A stretch of DNA of 60,000 bases. Origin: Laetmonice hystrix. Lineage: Eukaryota. Shown here piece by piece: positions 51,407 through 60,000 of this stretch; the stretch's first letter is position 1; each line of letters opens with the position of its first letter. A program made the position numbers and the translations under genes. Below the pieces are notes generated by a model. The model saw nothing but the letters and a program-made list of their open reading frames with translations. It did no database searches and had not been told where the DNA came from. The DNA is taken from positions 44,518,001 through 44,578,000 of the forward strand of contig OZ249436.1 in assembly GCA_965235115.1 (NCBI GenBank), in the 5' to 3' direction.

Positions 51407-53491
51407 CTACTCTTCCACAACCTCCACGCTCACCCAATCATCATCATGATCAGGCTCGTACCGAGGAGAAGATTCTGCATGCTGATACTCTTCCTCAGTA
51501 TAAGCTTTTCCAGTTCTTTGGTCGATTTTAGATAATTTAATACCTGACTTTTCTTTAAGACACTCAATCTTTTCTTTAAATTCCTCGTAAGGATTGGAAG
51601 CGCCAGTATACTGTACTGGGATACGTGTATCTGTCAAATGTAAATTATTTTCGTTTGTAACACCTTGAACTAGTAGCAGGCTATTGTCGTCAAATGTTGC
51701 TGTAATACTTTTAGTGTTTGTTCCATGGGGGAGAGTAAAGGTCCGTTCAAACTCTTTCATCACACATGTTTCATCGCAACCACAGATTTGCTTGCCTTGA
51801 ATTTTCATATTTCTACCTTCAGTCCTGATTACAATGTTATGTGGTAAATATCCACGTGGAACTTGAAGTGAGGCTAGTTGTGCACGTGGGGTTTGGTTTG
51901 CATGGTTTCTGAAGACAGGTTTTTGGTGGATCTTTTGCCGACTGTTCTGGTGGTAGTTTTTGGCGTCGTTTGGTGGTCTGTAAAGGTTGTCGTCATTTTT
52001 TATGTGTCGTGCCTGAGGGTTTTGACTCTTTACGTGGGGTTTTCTTTCTTGTTGCCTCTCTTGTTGCAGTCGGTGCTGCCGTTCATATTGCAACTGTTCA
52101 TGTTCACGTAAAAGGTGCATCTGGCGTTCCTGTTCACGTTGTAACTGTCTCTGGCGTTCCTGTTCACGTTGTAACTGTCTCTGGCGTTCCTGTTCACGTT
52201 GTAACTGTCTCTGGCGTTCCTGTTCACGTTGTAACTGTCTCTGGCGTTCCTGTTCACGTTGTAACTGTCTCTGGCGTTCCTGTTCACGTTGTAACTGTCT
52301 CCGACGTTCCTGTTCATGCCTCCCTCCTTGTTGCTCAGGTTTTCTCCATTCCTGTTCCTCACACCCTTGTTTAACTTCACTATCTTCTCCCTCAGTTCCG
52401 AATCTAGAACTTTCTGGAGCGTCAAACCATGTGTCAGCATTGAGTTCAGCCTGCCATTGTTTCCACAGTTCGTGAACCTCTCTCAGAGTGTGTCCGTGGT
52501 CGTAGAGAGGTTCCTCGATCCCCGTGTTTCCCTCAGTCTCTTCGAGTTCGGTCGCCTGCTCCGGATAAACACCGCGTTGTTCTTGATTTTGACAGTTTCT
52601 TAAAGCATTAAAATCTGCTGATTGGTGGTCCAATTGAGCATGACCGAGGCCGAGAGGATAGGGATTATCGAAGGGGTTCAGGCTCGTGTGAAAGAGTTGG
52701 ACCAGGTCCGACGGCCATAAACTGGTCGACGGGAACCATTGGAGGAATGGCGTGTAAAACCGGAGCATATTCGACCTTCTGGGCTGTCTGTAAAAATCAT
52801 GAAAAATATAACATGACATAAATTGTCTAATAACATGACATGATAAGTTATGTAGTATACTTAGAGCACCTTGTGAGTTGATATATCCTTGGAACCCCAG
52901 GTTAATATCTGCCCACCTCGACCCAAGAGGCTCTGACCCACAGCCTCTCATCCACGGCCTTTCAGCACATAGTCAGAGCCTCTCGGAATACTCCCCTCAT
53001 CATGAATACAGGTACCATAGTCCCCATGGTATAAGCGAAAACTATTCACATGCTACAGTCGGTATAGTTCCTAGCTCATCCACCACCACCAATAAAAATA
53101 ACCTGCACCACTGGTTAAACACTCCTACCCCTAGTCCAGGAACCTAGACCCTGTTTCTGTTAGACAGACTCTGGCTTGTTGGAGTATCCTACCCCCCCCC
53201 CCCCCACACACACACACACACCTGCCTTAATTAAGTCTCCCACCTTTCATAATTAAATGAAAAGTTCTTAGAGAAAGGTGATCTCACTGTGCTGTAACGG
53301 TTAACCTTTAAGTATGTGTTTAAATTATGATTATCTTTGACTTAAACTGCTCTAGGCCTACTCTATCAATAAAGTCCAACTTACCGATACTGACAACCGT
53401 CGCCGTGGCCATGCGTGGGCTGGAGTAACGCAAGCGCCACCAGGATCGCTGCTATCAGACCAAACGCTGGAACTCGACACCTTTCTCCCAT
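51407..53491 (-). CDS. Signal-peptide-bearing small heat-shock / alpha-crystallin-domain protein with Q/E/R coiled-coil repeat, 2 exons, about 495 aa
   Basis: Exon 1 (53491-53385) encodes MGERCRVPAFGLIAAILVALALLQPTHGHGDGCQYR and ends in a phase-2 GTAAGT donor. It joins in frame to exon 2 (52787-51407, acceptor ttttacag). The segment LASLQVPRGYLPHNIVIRTEGRNMKIQGKQ...KEFERTFTLPHGTNTKSITATFDDNSLLLVQG (about 51880-51660) has the HSP20 pattern and is followed by an IXI/V motif (TRIPV). Confidence 0.8.
52121..52317 (-). repeat. Coding 30-bp tandem repeat, about 6.5 copies (REQERQRQLQ)
   Basis: CTGGCGTTCCTGTTCACGTTGTAACTGTCT on the plus strand, within the sHSP gene. Confidence 0.95.
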
Positions 53492-54103
53492 TCTGAAATC
53501 TCTTATACGTATCCGGGGATATGGTTCTGTGTTCTGATTATTATGTTGTACAGAGTTTGTTTCGTTCCCCTGGAAATGTTATAAAGCGTTTCCTCTTGAT
53601 CTTACACTTCAAAGTAGCAGCTAGTCTCATGCAGAAACTCTCTGACAATCTTTCCCGGTCTCGCGGTCTCGCTCTACGACGTCTTCGCACAAGTTGAAGT
53701 TGTAACTTGGAGTGGACTTGGAGTTGTACGGTCGTGACGTGATATTCACTTGGAAAGTTTGCATGGATAGATTATATACCATTTTAACACCACGTCAGCC
53801 CTAGTGCTGCCTGTCCGACACAGTGCCACGTGTACCAAAACATCTCTGACTAAATCCTTACCTTTCATTGCTGCGTTGACTCAGTGCTGTTTCATCAGCC
53901 TTGTAAAACTATAAACAAATCCACGTGGGTTTGTTTGGTTGGACACTTCCGCAAACGTCACGCCTCTTCTGATTGGTCAGAATCTGGCGGATGTGCAAAC
54001 TCCATACAGAGGGGAGCTTCCGCTTCCTGTATTGTAGGCTGCCGATGGAGCGCAGCCGTAACAATCATATCTGCATGGAGCACGACAACTACAACCTGTC
54101 AAA
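53492..54103. promoter_or_regulatory. Bidirectional promoter and 5' UTRs of the sHSP gene and IER3IP1
   Basis: Head-to-head ATGs 613 bp apart. Motifs: TATA-like TTTATAA on minus (about 53585-53579), TGACGTGA (53735), CCACGTCA (53790), CCACGTG (53826, 53921), TGACTCA (53877), inverted CCAAT (53972), ETS-like CTTCC motifs (53946, 54017), and YY1-like AAAATGGCG at the IER3IP1 start. Confidence 0.65.
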
Positions 54104-55463
54104 ATGGCGTTTGGACTGTATTCTCTGTTGGAAGCGGCTCTACTTTGTTTGAATGCTGTTTGTGTTCTTCATGAAGAACGATTCCTTGCAAAGAGTGAGT
54201 AGGCCTAACAAATAATTCAATAGGAGTTGTTTGAAGAGTGGCCTGGCTTCCCTTGGCTTGAGTCAGTAGTTGAGAGATTCAAAACGGCTGGTAATCTAAC
54301 TCTGACACCAGGCAGTGCCGTGGCACACAGTGACAGTCACAGTGACATCAGTCCAACGTCCAAGTTGATTGACTGAGCCCCCTTCCCACTCGGCACCCAG
54401 GCCTAAGTTAGTCGAACAGACAGGAGGTGCACGCTCTCCATGCTATTTATAACATGCGGATTTAAGGGGGGGGGGGGCTGTACTAGGACAGTAGAGTAGG
54501 AGTGTGTACATACTACATAGCCCCCCCCCCTTCCCTAGTACTAAGAGGCAGTGGTTATTTTGCCAGCATATGGATGGGTCATGTGACTGCAAAACTGGAT
54601 TCCTATTGGATGATGTCCCTCAGCAAAATAGCCGATTATCTAATGGGCGACTCGTAAAAATCTTGTTGCACCGGTCCTCGTTCCACCAACATAGCGCAAG
54701 ATTAGATAGGATGACAAAATTCCAAACTGTGCCCTGATGCGTTACAACTTTTTGTTAATACAGTGTGTAGGACATCCTGAACTCATAAAACCATTAAATA
54801 TTACTATATTTCATGATAAATTACAGCTATGGCATCCTTGCACAGATTAGAACTTGGTCGTCCTAGCCAAACCACTGCTAATGTGCTACAGCAGGGACCG
54901 GCACGACAATGCGGCCGCCACGCGGATGTGCCTGGAATGCCTCGTACCTGGTCTCAAGTCTCCCATTGGCATCTAATTAAATTTGAGGCTAAACTCAGAT
55001 CACAGCTTCGCAGGGAGACAGCCGTAACAATCCTATCTGCATGGAGCATGACAACCAGAATAAACAGCATGATTATCTTTTACAGTTGGCTGGGGGACTG
55101 ACCAGCGAGGATTTGGGGAGGACCCAGGGATGAAAACACAGACCATAAATCTCATCAGATCAATCAGAACAGTCATGAGAAGTATGCAGAATCTTAATGA
55201 GCTTGTTAATCTGATAATGAGATGTAATAATAGAACTCTACCACTGGTAAATTGGTAAAACTTTATAAAGTTCGGCAGCAAGAAATCTACTTTCTCAAGG
55301 CTATAATAAAACTTAATTGGTAAACTTTAGGGAGACCTCTGCTGATTTGTGATGAAGGACACTTTTTTTGTAATAATGGTAACACAAATCTATCTATTGT
55401 TATTCAGTTCCACTGATCGGTATAAACATTGTGGTGATTGGACTAAAGTTGTTGCTCGGATAG
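54104..55463 (+). CDS. IER3IP1: Immediate early response 3-interacting protein 1 (Yos1 family ER/Golgi membrane protein), 3 exons, 80 aa
   Basis: Exons 54104-54194, 55086-55181 and 55408-55463 splice to MAFGLYSLLEAALLCLNAVCVLHEERFLAKIGWGTDQRGFGEDPGMKTQTINLIRSIRTVMRIPLIGINIVVIGLKLLLG*. This is collinear with human IER3IP1. It is absent from the ORF track because the exons are short. AATAAA at 56040. Confidence 0.96.
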
Positions 55464-56086
55464 CACCGGATTATTGTCTGGACAACAAATCGCTGCACCA
55501 TATCAAGACAACACTCATCATTCACTGCTGCATCATCAGAAGATTGGACCACACCAGTTTCCATGACGATGTCTACCTGTGAGATTCAATCATCATCATT
55601 ACCTGGGATCAAGTTGGCCCAGAAATATCAGTTAAACCAGGAAAAGAAACTTCTACAACATAGACTCGAGAAAATGTATTTTCATGAATAGTAGTCACTC
55701 ACAAATTAATTCTTGGCAGAATGCGATAAGCAATTTTCTGATGTGTCCCTTTCACAGATTTCAATGTAGGGACTCTCCTCGGTACTGTATCTTGTACGTC
55801 ATATTGTGTCCAGATCATGAAGCGTTCAAACTACGTACTGGTATACATGCTATTTCATCACTGAATGTGAAGTCAAAATTTTGATTTCAATGAAACATTT
55901 TGGTGAAAAGTACAAATAAGTTTCAATAGTCAGCCTTTCACCATGTATGGGGTTGTGTGTGCATTTGCTTGCAAGGATAAAAAGAGAAACAGCATATGTG
56001 ATACTTGTACAGAATCAACCATTGAAATGTGTACTTCTTAATAAAATCTTTAAATGAACATCTGTTATTACTAATGTGACTTTAAT

Positions 56087-56373
56087 CAGTGATGCCAACC
56101 TGCTAATGTAAAAGTAAAAAAAATCCTGACACATTTGCGGTCACATCATGCAGAAGTATTTTTAAAGAAGCAGAATTTTTATTATGACTCAAAAAATCAG
56201 AGAGAAAATTATAATGAAATAAGTTATGACAAGTCTGAGGATGGAAAATACTGAATCCCAGATGGAATTCCGGAGGTTTTCAAACTTTTACGGTTTTTTT
56301 TTTCCAGGTTATTCCAGACCACTTGAAAAGGTGACCTGAAATTCCGGACGTTTCCGCATTGTTGGCAACACTA
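56087..56373. mobile_element. hAT-like MITE
   Basis: TIR CAGTGATGCCAAC / GTTGGCAACACTA, with subterminal TTCCGGA motifs. The TSD is not evident. Confidence 0.55.
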
Positions 56374-57306
56374 ATAGATAACACCTCCCCCCCCCCCCCC
56401 CCCCAAACCTATATTTCAATGCCCCCCCCCCCCCCCGCCCAACACTAAGATTTATGAATTTCGTGAACGAATTCCTCAATTTTAGTTCTGGATTGTGTAG
56501 GGGATTAATATATTATGGGGACATTTTTCTTGGGGTTAGGGCCCCCACTCTTACTCCTCGGACTACCCTTTCAAGCTCTTTTAGCCGGCAGACATAACCT
56601 TGTGTTGGTTCAATGTTACACGTGTCAAAGTAACCTTGCTGGGTGTAGTACCCTCTCCCCACGAAGACATTTGAAACTGGAGGCGTTGCCCAGGACAGTT
56701 GCTGTAACCAAACTTGCTACTTGTCCCAAGTAACCCCACGTTTAAGTGGCATGGAAAAACTAAGTTCATTACGTATGCTGTGCATCATTCAAGGACCTAA
56801 TTCGGAAAGCCGAGGGTATTTGGGAATCTGTACCGTTCCAGTCGTTAACACAAGACACACATACCGATTTAAATCATTTTTATTTGAAAGAAAGAAACTG
56901 GTAAGCACTCTTGATACATTGCAGTTTTCACAACATCAACTAAGGGAAACATGCCAAGGCGGGGGCTGATGTTACCCGCTTCATGATGTAAAAGCAGTAG
57001 GCCCTATCTGTGAATGTATACAAAATGATCATATGAAACACTTGTCGGCCAGATTAGAAAGTCACTGCAGAGAACCTGAACTTTTTGGCTATAAACCATA
57101 GCAAACGAAAAACTGGTGTTAAAGTAAAGGTTAAACAGTTATGAAAAACGAAAAAGGGTATACTACACGTATACAAAATTAAACTGGAGAAACGTAAGAA
57201 ACGGAATGCGTCTAATAAGCCTAGATAAGCATTATCAAGTTTTCTATAACTATTCTGGATTATAACGGTGTTCAGTGTAGTGGTACACAGTCTTGCAGCC
57301 AACCAA

Positions 57307-57438
57307 TTATTCCACACGGACTGGGGCAGCTTCCTGACATGGTACAAAGTTGATGGTGAGACGGTCATTGTCATTGATGTCCTCATCTGCCACCTCGTCA
57401 TCCTCCAAAGTTATCTCCTCAAGGTGGTAGTCGAAATC
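57307..57438 (-). CDS. Alternative terminal exon B of the perilipin gene (DFDYHLEEITLEDDEVADEDINDNDRLTINFVPCQEAAPVRVE*)
   Basis: Pyrimidine-rich acceptor ttgttttcttcttgaag|. Phase 0, compatible with the donor at 59536. 43 open codons of acidic composition, with a separate AATAAA downstream at about 56880. Confidence 0.6.
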   Translation of the reverse strand, partial: DFDYHLEEITLEDDEVADEDINDNDRLTINFVPCQEAAPVRVE

Positions 57439-57851
57439 CTTCAAGAAGAAAACAAGCAAATGGTTCCATTTAGTTCAATCCATGACCTCGAGGTCATGAA
57501 AAACTATTTTCATGTTACATGTAGACAATAAACTTACATTTTCTGCTGTTAAAGATACTTGATAGAATGTGTACATAAGAGAAATGTTCCAGCAACCTCT
57601 TATTGCTGGCCTTAATAAATTTTACAAAGTAAACCTTTCTCAACCAAATTTGGCGTTTATTATAGGAATGTTATAATGGCGCCAAATATACAAGTACTTC
57701 AAGGCATGCATGAAATATACTGGTATATATACAAAAGAAAACATGCAACATGAACATGCGACAGAGATGACAGGCAGAGTTGGTGACGGGAAGTTGTGTT
57801 TATTTCCGTAAGTTGTACTATTGGTCCTAACTCGGTCTATACCTGCTCTAT

Positions 57852-60000
57852 TCAATTTGTCTCCATCGGGCTCTTCTCTGTATCATTAGTTGGTGCAGAT
57901 TTCATCTCCGTCTCTTCCTCATCCTCATGGCCATTCGCTACTGTTTCTCTTGTCTTTTCCTCAGTCTCTTCTTTAGACGTCTCTTCTACAGTTTGCTTTT
58001 CCCCCTGATGGACAATGTTTATAAAAAAACCTCTGGTGACTAAGTTATAATGCCTACTCCAGAACGTATTGTTGGGAGGGAGAGGTTTTCCCCCTGGTGT
58101 ACGTGTATAAAACAACCTGTGGTGACTAAGTTATAATGCCTACTCCAGAACCATCATCATGGGGAGGGAGAGGTTTTCCCCCTGGTGTACGTGTATAAAA
58201 CAACCTCTGATGACTAAGTTATAATGCCTACTCCAGAACGTATTGTTGGGAGGGAGAGGTTTTCCCCCTGGTGTACGTGTGTAAAACAACCTCTGATGAC
58301 TAAGTTATAATGCCTACTCCAGAACCTATCATCATGGGGAGGGAGAGGTTTTCCCCCTGGTGTACGTGTATAAAACAACCTCTGATGACTAAGTTATAAT
58401 GCCTACTCCAGAACCTATCATCATGGGGAGGGAGAGGTTTCCCCCTGGTGTACGTGTATAAAACAACCTCTGGTGACTAAGTTATAATGCCTACTCCAGT
58501 GTTCTAACCAGAAATATTTCTCACAGTGGGGGGAAGGTGATGGACAAACCAGAGGGGGGCCTGGGTGGGCTTTTCCCCCCAGGAAAATTTTGAAAACATG
58601 CTCTTTAAACGGTGCATTTTGGTGCATTTGAGATGAATAAAGGCGGCGGCAGAAGTTGTCAGCGCGGGGGAGCGCCGCGGCGCCGCGGTTCAGTTAGAAC
58701 CCTGTACTCCAGAAGCTATCATCATGGGGAGGGAGAGGTTTTCCCACTGACGGACGTGTATAAAACAACCTCTGGTGACTAAGTTATAATGCCTACTCCA
58801 GAACCTATCATCATGGGGAGGGAGAGGTTTTCCCCCGGGTAGACAATGTTTTCTAAAAAAACCTCTGGTGACTAAGTTATAATGCCTACCCCAGAACGTA
58901 TTGTTGGGAGGGAGAGGTTTTCCCCCTGGCGGACAATGTTTATAAAACGAACTCGGGGGCGGGGGTAGAGTTTAGAACAGTTTAGAATACAATGAAGAAC
59001 TACTGCTACAGTTCCATTATACCACAAGACAAACCTTTTGCGTGAACCCACACTACACAAGACAATGCTGGCAACACTTCTGTACCATATCTTCAAGTTT
59101 TAGTCTCATTTCAGAGCCCCTACCCCAGGGTATATTTTCAACAACTGTTTCAGTGTATTGGGCTTGATTCTGTCTTTGTAAACTTTTGCAATCTGCCACA
59201 AATTTCCGGAATGCTGTGCAATATAACAATGACCAATGACACTAAATGCAAGATTTCTGTACATTTGAATTTCTAAATGAGACGAAAAATTGAAGATAAT
59301 GAAAGAAAATAATTCCAAGGACTATATGCATGCAGCTATTGCACCCAGGTGTGTACCAAAAACATTCAGGCCTGATTTTGCCAACAACATTTCTACAATA
59401 AATCTGTCGCTTTTTTCACTTCGAATAATTGCAAATCTCAAGACTCAATTTCTGCATGCAAGTCAAAACACCATCACATAAACCTCTACCAGATAACTGT
59501 CATTCTAGGACTCTTCAGCAAGAGTTCATACTCACCAGCCATGATCCAAAGTAGGAGTTGCGGAGGTACTCTGTGTATGACGTGATGGTTTCCTGCAGAT
59601 GGGTCACCTGTTCTCTTGTTTGGGTTACCACATTCTGCGGAATGTCTTGTAGCGTTTTGGCCTGAACAACAGAACACTTAAATTGTACTACAGAACAAGA
59701 TCTGAACACTACAGCGACTGGGTCGTTTTGATTACTGTGGACCACTCGTATGGGTGTTGATGAATCAAAATTTCTTTACTAATATTGAGGAAACCAAAAT
59801 ACCTATGAGCACATCTGATTTCTAACTAAATTTTTTGTGAATACTGGTTTTATTCAGAGTATGAGTGGATATTTAGCAGCAATTTCAACACATCTGTAAC
59901 TCACATTGGTAAAGTTTGTGTAGAGTGTCTCTGTGAAGTTCTTGGCAGATGTGATCTGGGTCTGGAGGGAGGTCGGCAGGACGACAAAGGTGTTGGTCAT
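57852..60000 (-). CDS. Perilipin-family (PLIN2/3-like) lipid-droplet protein, 3' exons with terminal exon A; gene starts beyond the window
   Basis: Exon >=60000-59905 encodes ...LPTSLQTQITSAKNFTETLYTNFTN and exon 59661-59536 encodes AKTLQDIPQNVVTQTREQVTHLQETITSYTEYLRNSYFGSWL. These align with the perilipin C-terminal bundle (recalled pattern LP..+..Q....+..L...F....+FQD+...+..Q+RE.+......+....EY+..N...+WL). The phase-0 terminal exon 58004-57852 encodes GEKQTVEETSKEE...PMETN*, with AATAAA at 57804-57799. Confidence 0.82.
57997..58948. repeat. Intronic tandem repeat of about 87 bp (about 9 units) that includes the perilipin exon-A acceptor
   Basis: TTTTCCCCCTGGTGTACGTGTATAAAACAACCTCTGGTGACTAAGTTATAATGCCTACTCCAGAAC...GGGAGGGAGAGG, interrupted by a MITE. 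Confidence 0.93.
58497..58704. mobile_element. MITE with 5-bp TSD inserted in the perilipin intronic tandem repeat
   Basis: TIR CAGTGTTCTAAC / GTTAGAACCCTG and TSD TACTC. Neighbouring repeat units show the empty site CCTACTCCAGAA. Confidence 0.85.

Noticed and set aside
52788..52951. N-terminal part of the 514-aa ORF in the track
   Set aside because: It is probably intronic read-through upstream of the acceptor at 52788-52790. The more plausible N-terminus is exon 53491-53385.
54820..55060. Telomerase RNA or U17 snoRNA as the identity of the intronic H/ACA-like segment
   Set aside because: There is no CTAACCC-type template and neither of the U17 motifs ATATTCCTA and AAACCAT.

Overview
This is eukaryotic genomic DNA from an animal, probably a marine invertebrate; the taxon cannot be fixed from the sequence. 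Positions 1-41 kb hold no recognisable full coding gene. They carry about ten unrelated minisatellites, several microsatellites, many short non-autonomous DNA transposons (MITEs) and candidate alternative 5' exons of a large minus-strand gene whose body lies left of the window. Two CTCF-like motifs sit at about 41.1 kb. To their right is a compact cluster of spliced genes: an uncharacterised acidic protein with a 20-aa repeat (-), head-to-head with PRCC (+); a signal-peptide-bearing small heat-shock (alpha-crystallin-domain) protein (-), head-to-head with IER3IP1/Yos1 (+); and the 3' part of a perilipin gene (-) with two alternative last exons. The most unusual observations are the apparently secretory-pathway sHSP sharing a UPRE-motif-rich promoter with IER3IP1, and a tandem repeat that multiplies the perilipin 3' splice site. 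All gene models were built by hand from GT-AG sites and frame continuity. Family assignments come from remembered sequence similarity, not database searches. Most long ORFs in the first 15 kb are repeat artefacts.
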